Program-made: the position numbers and the translations under genes
In this document: piece after piece, positions 50,246 through 61,560 of the stretch
Numbering within the stretch: position 1 is the first letter of the stretch
Layout: every line of letters begins with the position of its first letter
Assembly (NCBI GenBank): GCA_030265395.1
Contig: JARFYF010000002.1
Span: 58,946,478-59,010,477 of the forward strand
Direction of reading: 5' to 3'
DNA from: Rhina ancylostomus
Lineage: Eukaryota
DNA: 64,000 nucleotides
Notes under the pieces: model-generated
What the model was told of the DNA's origin: nothing
Seen by the model: the letters and a program-made list of their open reading frames with translations, nothing else
Database searches by the model: none

Positions 50246-50643
50246 TGTCACAATGTTGAGCAAAGAGCAAGCTCACAGAGAACCCAAATGCAGCACTCTG
50301 GTACAAGACTGGAGTCAGGATACTTCCTCAGGACCAAACACAGGCAGCAACTGGAAGGAATCTTGACTCAGAGATCTGAGGAGGATTCCCAACACAAACT
50401 GGATATTCAAAGAGTAACAGAGAACACAGGACTGCCCTAAGAGTAGGCCACTCTAAGCAGCCAGGAGCCAAAGATTGACCAATACTCTGGCAACTAGTGC
50501 TAGAAAAACCCAGGTACTTATGCTAGGCCCCTAATGGGGCTCAGGTGTGTGTCATTATACAATCAGTCCAGCATGGAATCCATGTGCTGTACAACAAGGC
50601 ATCTAAGGAGCCAAATCAAGGGCCAGTACTCAGAACCATGACA
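50246..50643 (-). mobile_element. LTR (family A), complete 398-bp copy; left LTR of a putative composite element
   Basis: TGTCA...TGACA; left flank ATAAC is not repeated at its own right end (AGAAT) but is repeated after the copy ending at 53736; minus-strand CACCTG and CATAAGTA TATA-like motif. Confidence 0.92.
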
Positions 50644-53405
50644 AGAATCCATTCCTGCACTAGAAAAGATTGGGGTTTAGACCAAATAAATTTTGTGTAG
50701 ATTTTAGGCAGCTGAGTATCCATTGGTGCCCTCAGGTAGTCCTGGAAGAAGGGGGTGGTAAGGATGGTGGCAACTGCGCAATTCTGTGCCTTCTACCTCC
50801 ACTGTTTAATCATTTCTTTCACTGCAGACCTCCAGTGGTCCTCTTGAGCTGCAAATAAGCATGTCTATGCAAGCAGGAAGCTGCTCTCAAGGCAGAATTA
50901 TAGCAAAGAATCTGATTTGATTTTGCAAAGGACCTGGTTGCTTGCTCCAGTCTTACCAACATGGTGCATGTTACGTGGTGCATGTCTGGTATCACCAAGT
51001 TTTCAGGCCCATGAGTTGGTCCATGACTCTACTCAGGTCATAAGCCTACATAAGAAATACCAACAAATAAACAAAAACCCGTGGGAGCTAGAATTATCTG
51101 CACTTTGAACTTTATTCTGGTAGGAGCCATTTGAAATTGTTTAACTTATCATGGTGTAAAATTTGAAGTCTGCCAATGCTTTTAACGCACTTTCATCAGA
51201 TTTACTCTGTTGTACTTAAATTTATTGAGAGAAGGAGCTGTTGGAATCTCTCACAATAGGACTGAGGTACTAAGGAAGACACTAATGAAGCACAGAGTAT
51301 GCCAGCTGGTTGCCACAAAATTGGGAGAAAGTAACTCATTGTTGGTCTGCTGCCTTTGGCTTTGAAGGTTTGGTTGAACCCCACTAGCACCTCCCCTGAT
51401 TTCACACATTTTAACTCAAGGCCTAACTTACAAACTTTTCTTTGGGTAACATGTCACTTCTGCAACTAATCATACTATTTCTGTCTCTCTGATATCTTAT
51501 TTAATACATCATGCCATCATCCTAATTAAGATAATCTCATTTGAGTGTTTTATTTTGATTCAGCAGGTGACACATCCTTCCCCAAACCCCATGTGTTTCC
51601 TATGTTCTGATTACAGTAAGTGCTTGTTCATCAATGTTTCCTCAGTTCCATTGTTGGTCTGTGTAACAAACTGGTCCTCTGCATAGGTTCCAAATAACCT
51701 ATTGTGTCTTTCAGGTGTTTGTGCCTGTTTCAGTCAGCAAACATGTGGATGATCTGCTGTTTAGGAGACTGATAGCCTGCATTTGTTTATCCATTTTCTC
51801 TCTCACTCTCAAAATTCTCTGTAATATCTCTGATTATTAACTGTGTTTCTCCCCAGGTTTCACTAAAATTGCTATACTTCCTTCTTTGGGAGACATTTGA
51901 GCAGTACTACCGATAAAACTGGGTAAAACAAACACATCACAAACCATATTTTCCACAGAGTTGTGCCCTAAAAGAGTGAAGTGTTTCTCTACTGTGCCAT
52001 GAGGCTCCTATTGGCATGTTGAAAGTATGTCTGCCCAGTGTTATTGTCTTTGTAGTGAAAGGATCATTGGGATGTATGGGTTGTGAGTTATATAGCTATT
52101 TTATCAACTCTATTTTTGCATTTAACCCAGCTTGGTCCAAATTAAAATCCACACCCATAGGCTAACACGGTAGGCCTTTCTAAATTTCAACACAAATACA
52201 ATATTTGTACTTGATAATGTTTGTACTTAATTTATCTGAGGCCTCCAATGAAATAGAATGAGGTCCTTAATATGTTGAACTGCTTTAATATCTTATGACT
52301 TTGACTGAACTTGGCCATTGCTTTAAGAACAACATTGTTGAAGGTGAGGCAGGAAGGTTGACTCTCCTTGAGATCTCCTTACATTACCTTTTATTATTTC
52401 TTCTTCGTTCCCTGAACAACTGTAACAATGTTCTTCAGCAATGATAATACTTAAATGCACTCCATTGTTCATGAAACAAATTACCCTTTGTCAGCAGATA
52501 CTATTGAACTACCAGTTTCACATGAATAATTTGGCGCATATTTGTTTTTCTTCTACTAGCTGAAAAATTTGAATTGGGTACATGATATCACAGATGAAAG
52601 AGGTTGTGAGGAAACGTCTTGGTCACATTCATACAGTGAAGCACATCAAAGAATTGCAGTGATATCACTGTGCTTGATTACACCTATATAACTAGGCAAC
52701 TCAGTGACATTTTAATTGATGTTGGCGCAAGGATAAGGGAACAATGGAAGACAGAAAAGGACACTATGGACATCAACACCAAGGAAGATTTCTTCAGGCA
52801 ATTATCTTTGGAAATAAATCTGGAATAATGGCAAGTTGGAAATGCGTCCAAGAATGCAATCCAAGAATCTGATAAGTGGGTATGAACGGATATGATTTGA
52901 ACAACCTTCTGAATAGATCTCTGAATAGGTACTGCTATCCAATGTTACTGTTTAAATTATTCTTGAAATGTTTGCCTTTTTTCCCATTGTATTTATAAAT
53001 CTGTTTTTGTTACCAAACAGTGTTGCTATAGGTTTTGCATTGAAGACTGGAAACTCTCCTGTAAAATTAAAACATTAGTATGATAAAATGAAATTACTTT
53101 GTGAACTATTTTAATAGAGGCCTTAACACATTATTTTAAAATGGTTGACTCTTGATAAAATAGTGAACATTAGCTCAGATCCACGTGTAGTTGAAAATCA
53201 TATAACCTAATTTGTAGATGGTAGTGAATTATGTACTCTAGTAGTAAATTTGGCATGTACATAATGCTAAGAAACATTTACAAAAAAAATCAGATTCCTG
53301 ACTTCATTATTGCCCATTTATAAAGAAAGTGCACAGTTGAGTACAGAGAATTTTTATCATGCGTATTATAATGACAGTGGATCGAAATTGCTCACTAAGA
53401 AGTAT

Positions 53406-53525
53406 TGTTACGGACTAGGACTATTAGTGAGTGTTCCTTTAAGATAGCGTGTGTGTGGCATGCTTACGTCAACAGAAGATAAAGAACGTCATGATGTTGT
53501 TGTTGAAACAACCAGTCAGAGTCAG
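53406..53525 (+). mobile_element. LTR family B, 5' portion running into gap
   Basis: TGTTACGGACTAGGACT start identical to 8852-8868. Confidence 0.8.
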
Positions 53526-53625
53526 NNNNNNNNNNNNNNNNNNNNNNNNNNNNNNNNNNNNNNNNNNNNNNNNNNNNNNNNNNNNNNNNNNNNNNNNNNN
53601 NNNNNNNNNNNNNNNNNNNNNNNNN

Positions 53626-53736
53626 GATGGGGCTCAGGTGAGTGTCATTATGCAATCAGTCCAGCATGGAATCCATGTGCTGTACAGCAAGGCATCTAAG
53701 GAAACAAATCGAGGGCCAATACTCAGCACCATGACA
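53626..53736 (-). mobile_element. LTR family A, portion right of gap; right LTR of the putative composite element
   Basis: Colinear with 50533-50643, ends CCATGACA followed by ATAAC (53737-53741). Confidence 0.9.
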
Positions 53737-54115
53737 ATAACCAGTTTTGGTATCCCACACTTTTCAAACAAGAATATCACAAAGGCAATATTTGTCCTTT
53801 AGTATCTCTGCAAAATCTAGGATTTTTGGAAGAATATAACCACTGTATCCACAATATCAACAGCAATTTCTACTTGGGCCCTAGGATGTAAATCAGGTCC
53901 AGGACACTTATCAGCCTTGAGCTCCAGTAGTTGGCCTAGTACTAATTTGACAAGATAGTGTTGGTATTCAATACTTGCCCCTTATTCTTTTTTAGGATCA
54001 TTGGGATGTCTGTAGTATTTTCTACTGTACAGACTGATACAAAATATCTGTTTAACTTCTCTGCCATTTCCTTGTTCCCCATTCTTTGATGGGCCTATGC
54101 TCACTTTGACCTCTC
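53737..54115 (-). mobile_element. CR1 LINE ORF2 continuation
   Basis: AAATCTAGGATTTTTGGAAG...CCCTAGGATGTAAATCAGGTCCAGGACACTTATCAGCCTT is the complement of the K..KS.GPD.LHPR region; follows on from 50200-50245. Confidence 0.75.
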
Positions 54116-54119
54116 ATTC

Positions 54120-55562
54120 AGGGACAGGGCCTGATTGTGTATCTGGCTGGGTACTGAAAACCTGTGCCAACCAACTAGCTGGGGTGCTCAAAGGACATCC
54201 TCAACCTCTCACTAATGCGGTTTGATGTTCCCACCTGCTTCAAAAGGGCAGCAATCATGCCGGTGCCCAAGAAGAGCAGGGCGAGCTGCCTCAATGACTT
54301 TCACCCAGTAGCACACATCTACCATAATGAAGTACTTTGAGAGGTTGGTTATGACTAGAAATAGCTCCTACCTGAGCAAGGGACTGGCCCTGCTGACATT
54401 TGCCTACCAGCACAGCAGGTCTGCAATCTCAGTGGCACTCCATTCTGCTTTGGAAATCTAATCAACAGCAAAACATACATCAGGCTGCTGTTTATCAATT
54501 ACAGCTCAGTGTTCAACACCATCATCCTATCAGTATTAATCAACAAGCTTCAAAACCTGGGCCTCTATAACTCTCTCTGCAACTGGATGCTCGACGTCCT
54601 TATTGGGAGACCACAGTTAGTGTGTATTGGTAGTAACATCTCCTCCTTGCTGACAATCAACACAGGTGCACCTCAAGGATGCACAATTATCCCACTGCTC
54701 CAATCTACGCTCATAACTGTGTGACTAAGCACAGCTCAAATGCCATCTGTAAATTTGCAGATAACACCATTATTGTTGGTAAAATCTCCACTGGCGACAA
54801 GGAGACATACAGGAGTGAGATAGTTTAGCTGGTTCAGTAGTGTCGCAACAACAACCTCGCACTCAACAACAGCAGGACCAAGGAATTGATTGTGGACTTC
54901 AGGCAGTACCCAGTGATGGGTCAGCAGAGGAAACGGTGAGCAGCTTCAAGTTCCTGGGCATTAACATCTTGGAAGATCTGTCCTGAGCCCAACACATTGA
55001 TACAATCACGGAGTAGACATGCCAGCAGCTCTATTTCATTAAGAGTTTGAGAAGATTTGGTATATCACCAAAGATTCTTGCAAATTTCCATAGATGTATG
55101 CTGGAGAGCATTCTGACTGGTTGCATCACCACCTGGTATGGAGGTTCCAATGCATGGGATCACAAGAGGCTGCAGAGGGTTGTAGACTCAGCCAGCTCCA
55201 TCATGGACGCAACCTTCCCCACCATTGAGGACATTTTCAAGAGGCGGTGCCTCAAGAAGGTGGCATCCATCACTAAGGACCCTTGCCATCCAAGACATGC
55301 CCTCTTCACGTTACTACCATCGGGGAGGAGGTACGGGAGCCTGAAGACCCACACTCAACGATTCAGAAGCAGCTTCTTCCCCTCCGGCATCAGATTTCCG
55401 AACAGTCCCTCAACACATGAACACTCCCTCATTATTCTTTTCTTTTAGCACTATTAATTTATTTTTGTAATTTACAGATTTTATGTCTTTGCACTGTACA
55501 GCTGCCACAAAACAACAAGCTTCATGTCATGTGTCAGTGATAATAAACCTGATTCTGATTCT
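54120..55562 (+). mobile_element. Rex1/Babar LINE, 5'-truncated (about 1.44 kb), degenerate RT and 3' tail
   Basis: [90 protein letters not shown]; tail GTCAGTGATAATAAACCTGATTCTGATT. Confidence 0.93.
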
Positions 55563-55617
55563 TCGCCAAGGATAAACTACAGGCCTCCCGACAGTCAGCT
55601 GGAGACAGGGGAGCAGA

Positions 55618-55716
55618 TATAGAGTCATAGAGCCACAGAGTCAGAGAGTTATACAGTCCCTTCAGCCCAACGCGTCTCTGTCGATCAGGATGTCAATCCA
55701 AGCTAGTCCCATTTGC
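55618..55716 (-). mobile_element. CR1 3' tail fragment ending at gap
   Basis: (ATAGAGTC)-like tail and CCCTTCAGCCCAAC...GCTAGTCCCATTTGC. Confidence 0.6.
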
Positions 55717-55816
55717 NNNNNNNNNNNNNNNNNNNNNNNNNNNNNNNNNNNNNNNNNNNNNNNNNNNNNNNNNNNNNNNNNNNNNNNNNNNNNNNNNNNN
55801 NNNNNNNNNNNNNNNN

Positions 55817-55925
55817 ATCCTGAAACTACTTACTAAACCATTTCCCTGTCTCCACAAATATTGCCTGAGCTACAGTGAACGTTCAACATTTTCTCTTTAT
55901 TTCAGATTTCCAGCACTTGTTCTGT
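55817..55925 (+). mobile_element. Penelope-type terminal fragment
   Basis: CTCCACAAATATTGCCTGAGCT...CATTTTCTCTTTATTTCAGATTTCCAGCA. Confidence 0.5.
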
Positions 55926-58009
55926 ATTCCTTGGCCCCAGCATTCTTTTCCCATTCTTTTCTTTGTTCTCATTTATCTCAGACATATCCATGGGAGTAAC
56001 TGGCATGTTATTTTAGTAGCCCCCTCCTCATTTTTGTTATGCTGTGGGGGATAAGGAGAAAGTTAAAACTGGGCTCATTGGCTCTTCCAGAGCAATCCTC
56101 CTAAGGCAACATTAACAGCATATTTTATGTTTGCAAATGTCTCCTTACGAAATGATTCATTAAGTAAACACTTATCTGCAGGACTTCTGCTCATTCCAAT
56201 AAGGACATAAGGGAAGACAAATACTTGACAACGAAAAGCAGAAAAACAGACTCATGTCCAACAATTGCAGTAGAAAATACAGCAAACAAACTAAAGAGTG
56301 AATGGGAATCCAAGTGGAATAGAGCAACTACTGATGAAGTGAAAAAAGTATATGAAGTTTCCTGCGCTGATCAGTTAGTTCCCTTCTTGCTTTGAGTGTT
56401 TAAGGATGATCAGACTTTCTGAAACAAAATCAGTCTACATACAACCATTTGTGTCAATCTATTCCAAAGCCTGATATCCATCAATATTTTGAATCACCGT
56501 GAAAAAGTGGGTGTATCAGAAATTAAGGAGTGTATTTTTCTTGGCAGTCATCAGCATGATGCCTAATAACTTAATAATGTGAGGATCCAGAGGGAGATCA
56601 GGTGTTTTGTCCAATAAAAACAGCCAGAGGGATAGCTCAAGTTGTATTTTAAAAATGTGATGAACCAAAGATATTTTTAAAGAAATGAACTTTTCTGAGG
56701 ATACAACCAAAATAGGTGAAAGCATTTTCCTCCCTCTGTGCAGGAATATTAACAACTGGAGGATTATAATTCATATTATTTAGGACAATTGGTATACAAA
56801 TACACAAATCTGCACTGAGCCTGTTTTGTTAGTTAAATCTTGTGTGGTTTGTACCAGATTGAATTCCAGCCAAGCTAGTCAAAGATCAGCTCAGGCTGTG
56901 ATCTTATATTTTTATAAGAAAACAGTAAATTTTAATCATGCCATTTTAAAATGAAATTAAACATAAGATGCAATATCAACTGGAAAATTATCTGAAAATA
57001 CAGTGAGAGTATTTGCAGTTCAATAGGGACATCAGTTTCAGCAATAAAAATGCAGAAATAGTTGGAAAATGGGTGTTGATCACAACTATCTTCCTCTGCC
57101 ACTTGCTGAAAGAATGTAAGTAAATCTGTATTATAGAGGCTGTGAGTGTGAGAAACATCATGGGAAAGAAACATTCGTTCAAGCATATCTTGTTGAAAAG
57201 TGTGGATATGTCAGAACTGCTGACATTGGAAAGATTGATAAATGAGTATAGAAAACATGAAATATCTCTCCAACAACACTGAGCACTCTAAATAAAAGGA
57301 TTAGAGAAAGGGCTGGTAACCCTTTTAAGACATGATCGAGGTGAGGAGTAGAATAATGCTTTTAACTGAAATCAAAACAAGCCAATAAGGTTTGAAATTC
57401 AGGAAACTTTTTGTTGATTGCAATGTAGTCTATTGCTATATGATCTAAAATGGTCCATAATACTTGTCAGTAAAGTTTGAATAGAATTAGCTCAGAAAGG
57501 CTGTGTTAACTTGAACATTGCTACTCAAATAAATAAATAAGAATTATTAGATTTGTAAACATCAACCAAGCCTTCAAAATTAATGTTTTAAAATCTTGTA
57601 TGTAAGGGTCTGATGACCTCTTTCCTTTCTGCATTGCAAAGTGAAACAAGTTGAAAGGCTCAGGCAAGTCAGAAAGGACTCTCAGTATATGGTAGAGATT
57701 CTGCATCTATGAAACTTTGCCTCAAATCATGGCCTTGGAATGAAAATAATAATATTAAAATAGAGGAAAATATTTGCTTCAAACTTTGTCCTCACCTACT
57801 AGTTCTAAAAGCCTGATTTAGTTAGTGATTATACATTCTACTCCACTTTTGAAATTCAGTTCCGTGGAAGTCTATGGATTTCATTTATGGAAGTGGAGAG
57901 CAATGCCTAGTGTTTGTTATATGGTGTGTTCAGGACTACCAATTAGCAATGAATTTCATTGTTTTGAAAAGAATAACCAAACTTACACTCCATAAAAGTT
58001 TGTTTATGT

Positions 58010-58158
58010 TGGTAGGTTAGTTTTAAGGGAATCAAGGGATATGAGGATAGTGCTGGAAAATGGCACTGGAATAGATCAGCCATAATCTAAATGATTGGTG
58101 GAACAAGTTCAAAGGACCATTAGACCTTCCTTTGTTCCTGTTTCTTACGTTCCCATAT
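58010..58158 (+). mobile_element. CR1 3' end
   Basis: TAAGGGAATCAAGGGATATG...GATCAGCCATAATCT...TGTTCCTGTTTCTTACGTTC. Confidence 0.7.
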
Positions 58159-58269
58159 TTCTAACCTTGACTGGTAATTGGAAGTGTACATTTAATTTTC
58201 ACAGAGGGGAAGTCAGGGAGAACCAGATAACTATACTTCTAAGTTCTTTGTATTAGCCATATCTNNNNN

Positions 58270-59300
58270 NAATATCAGGGATGCAATAGTAATCCATCAG
58301 GACAGAGAAAGTCATCTTAGGGCTATACAGCATGCCTTCTGGAAGAAAAAGTTTGTGTTATACTGAACCAAATCAATTTTTTGAGTGAGCCACCAATCTA
58401 GCATATGGAAGTAACTCAAAATTATTCACCTGCTTTTAAGAAAGCATTTGACATTACCTGAATTAAATATTATTGATAGTTAGGGGTCTCTTAATCAAAG
58501 AATCATGTGGAATCAGGAAATCTATTTCTGTGATTTGAGAATTGATGCATGCCATTTATCAGAAATGGTTATTTGTGGGTTTGGATGGGAGATTAGTTAC
58601 AAGTCATGTCCTGTAAGCTTCAATGTTAGCTCCTGTAATTCTTATTGTTTTATCACAATTAGCTAGATTTATAGCTCGTTGGTGGCTAATATTTCTCTTT
58701 TGAGTGTTTTGTCAGGGTTTTAATGGTGCCAGTAGTTCTAATAAAGTTAATAAAGATAGCAGTAATTTTAATAATGGTAGGGATCCTGTTAATACTGTTA
58801 GTTTGAATAATGTTGATGGACAAATCACTGATATATTAAAAAGAACACAAAATCAAAAGAAATTAAAAATTAAATAATATTAATAAGTGGAGATTAATAA
58901 CTATTGGTTCAATTTTACTGTATAGACTTCTACACAATGATGGCAAAAATAGTTGTTCATGAATATTGTTCTTAATCCAAGAGGGAAAAGGTTTTATTTC
59001 AGCTGCATCCAACTGTAATGAAAATATTGGCATTATTCAGAATATAATGAAGGACAGGAATGACATAGATGTGAGCTTGTGAGCATATTCAGGTACATAG
59101 CTGTGGCCTTTGATTCTGTGGGGCATAAATTATTAGTTAAGCCATCAAAATAATTTAGTGTGATGCATATGGACTGGATAAATGCTAAGCAAGCATAGAC
59201 TGTATGGGAATGTATTTAAACTATTGGTGGAAGAAAGAGAAGAGGATCACACGCTCATCATTCAAGATCCAAGGCCTAACTCAGGAAAAAGCAAGCAAGT
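58270..59300 (+). mobile_element. Old CR1 RT fragment interrupted by an R2-like 5' piece
   Basis: CAGCATGCCTTC (QHGF-like), AAGAAAGCATTTGAC (KAFD), GTTACAAGTCATGTCCTGTAAGCTTCAATGTTAGCTCC (VTSGVPQGSVLGP-like). Confidence 0.55.
58685..58818 (+). mobile_element. Second, short copy of the R2-like 5' region
   Basis: Colinear with 59982-60106 (GCTAATATTTCTCTTT...AGGGTTTTAAT...TTTAATAAT.GTAGGGATCCTGTTAATA.TGT.AGTTTGAATAAT.TTGATG). Confidence 0.75.
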
Positions 59301-59981
59301 TTGTTGTAAATGTTTGTAGGACAATTCATCTTGGCACCTCCATGTACCCCAAAACTCAGCAGTAAACTTGCCTGTGGAATGTACAGGGTAATTTCTCCTC
59401 AATTATTTTGAAGTAGAGGATCTAAGAATATCACAGGAGTTCACTGTTGTACAGAAGGAGCAGAATACCAACTAGCACAGGAAACCTGGAACAATCAAAT
59501 TAACTGAACAAGAATTGCTTGATTAGCCATTATTTAAAGAACTGATAGAACATTTTGAGAGAAACTAAACTTCATTTGCACATGTTTAGAAATTAACTAT
59601 GACAGACCTTGTCAAAGTCTTTAGAGATACATAAAATGATGCCTATTCATTTACCTAAGTAACCAAAAATAACAAGGGGCCATCAATGTGTTAACAATAC
59701 CAAAAAGTATACTGAAGAACACAAAAAGTGCAGAATTTTCAAAACAACAGATAATCTGAGATTAGCTTCGACGTCTCAGAATTAAAAGGGCAAGTCAACA
59801 CTTCCCCACGTAGCTGTCTGCAAATTTGGGAGTTACATGCAGCATAAGCTCAAACATCTCACACTGACCTCATCATCGCCAGAGGCAGGGAGAGATTCCC
59901 TCATTTAAACATAAGTTGAAGGAAGCTGGCAGGAGGTGAGGATTCTCATCACAGGCATTCCCAGTGAGATGCTCATGAAAT

Positions 59982-60570
59982 GCTAATATTTCTCTTTGGT
60001 GTGTTCTGTAAGGGTTTTAATTGATTTAGTAATACTAATAAAGATTGTGGTAACTTTAATAATAGTAGGGATCCTGTTAATAGTGTCAGTTTGAATAATA
60101 TTGATGTGGTTGACAGTAAAGAAGATAATGATGAGAATGACTTAATTGATAATAATTGGGAGAGTAATAGAGGTAATTATGATAATAATAGTGAAAGTAG
60201 TGGGAAGATGAAGGTAAAATATCCCAGTGATAGACTTTTATGTGGGTTCTGTGTCAAGGAATTTATAGCATTTAATGTATTTAAAAAGTACCTTGAGAGG
60301 CAGCATCCCAAGAGTGAGATTGTTGTTGAATGTGATAAGTGTGGTAAAGAGGGTAAATGTCATGGTATTGCATGTTATTACCCGAGATGAAGGATTGGTA
60401 TAGTATGTGCTGAAGAAGGAGTGGTTAAGGGTAGTATAGATAATGGTGATAGGGTTATGGTGGATACCAACAAGGATGCATTTCAATGCGAGTTGTGTGA
60501 TAAGTCATTTGGTTCCAGGATTGGTTGAAGTCAGCATGAAAGGCATGGACATCCTGTGTCTAGGAATGTG
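59982..60570 (+). mobile_element. R2-type retrotransposon N-terminal region: Asn/Asp-rich leader and three zinc fingers (pseudogenised)
   Basis: One frame: CGFCVKEFIAFNVFKKYLERQH, CDKCGKEGKCHGIACYYPR*, FQCELCDKSFGSRIG*SQHERHGHPVSRNV; the CCHH-CCHC-CCHH order and the IGL.QH.R..HP..RN signature are those of R2-A lineage proteins. Confidence 0.85.
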
Positions 60571-61370
60571 ATTTTGGTATTGGTTTATTATTGTCACATG
60601 TACCAAGGTACAGTGAAAAACATGACTTGCATACCATTTGTACAGATCAATTCATTACACAGTGCATTGAGGTAGTGCAGGGTAAAATGATAACACAATG
60701 CAGAATAAAGTGTTACAGTTACAGAGGAAGTGCAGTGCAGGCAGACAATAAGGTGCAAGGTCATAATGAGGTAGATTGTGAGGTCAAGAGTTCATTTTTA
60801 TCGTATCCGAGGTGTGTTCAACAGCGGGATAAAAGCTGTCCTTGAGCCTGGTGGGACATGTTTTCAGGCTTTTGCATCTTCTGCCCAATGGGAGGGGGGA
60901 GAAGAGGGAATGTCCGGGGTGGGTGGGGTCTTTGATTATATCGGCTGCTTTCCCAAGGCAGTGGGAAATGCAGACAGAGTCGATGGAAGGGAGGCTGTCT
61001 TTGCGATGGACTGAGCTGTGTCCACAACTCTCTGCAATNNNNNNNNNNNNNNNNNNNNNNNNNNNNNNNNNNNNNNNNNNNNNNNNNNNNNNNNNNNNNN
61101 NNNNNNNNNNNNNNNNNNNNNNNNNNNNNNNNNNNNNNCTCAGGCTCCTGTATCTTCTGCCTGATGGGAGAGGGGAGAAGAGAGAATGATCCGGGTGGGT
61201 GGGGTCTTTGATTATACTGGCTGCTTTACCAAGGTAATGAGAAATATAGACAGAGTCCATGGAGTGGAGGCTGGTTTCCATAATGCTCAGGGCTGTGCCC
61301 ACAACTCTCTGCAGTTTCTTGTGTTCCTGGGCAGAGCAGTTGCCATAACAAGCCGTGATGCATCCAGAAA
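60571..61370 (-). mobile_element. Rex1/Babar 3' end with tandemly duplicated segment, inserted into the R2-like fragment
   Basis: Minus ORF contains twice (S)LPSIDSV.ISH.LGKAA.IIKDPTHP.HSLFSPLP.GRR..SL; tail complement TTGGTATTGGTTTATTATTGTCACATGTACC. Confidence 0.88.
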
Positions 61371-61560
61371 GTTAAGAGAGTGGTGGTTGCAGATATTAAT
61401 GATGTTAATGTAGTGAATTCCGTAATGAAGTGGGGTAGATGTCGATTGGAATGGATATTAGAGGAATTTGTCAAGTTCCTTGAGCTAAATAGAAACTATA
61501 AAGGTTAAGAAAATATATTAATATGTTAATTGCAGAGGAGATGGCAATTAAGATGGATGG
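61371..61560 (+). mobile_element. R2-type Myb domain fragment continuing from 60570
   Basis: VKRVVVAD...EWILEEFVKFLELNRNYKG* then frameshift KYINMLIAEEMAIK; resembles R2 Myb W..EE...L..L...F.G.KNINKLIAE...TKT. Confidence 0.75.

Noticed and set aside
51567-51615. Possible 49-bp micro-exon (TTTTGATTCAGCAG|...ACA|GTAAGT)
   Set aside because: Good splice signals but no recognisable peptide or partner exons; such matches are expected by chance without RNA-seq support
50644-53405. gag/pol, PBS or clear PPT inside the LTR-bounded interval
   Set aside because: No long ORF or retroviral motif seen; only a weak purine-rich GGAATGGATTCT (minus) next to the LTR, and the PBS position falls in the gap
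55047-55448. 133-aa ORF as a host gene (also 45608-46018, 60784-61302)
   Set aside because: All are Rex1/Babar ORF2 C-terminal remnants repeated several times in the window
60091-60570. Host C2H2 zinc-finger gene exon
   Set aside because: No TGEKP linkers; finger spacing, the CCHC middle finger and a downstream Myb-like segment fit R2; in-frame stops and a duplicate 5' copy indicate a decayed element
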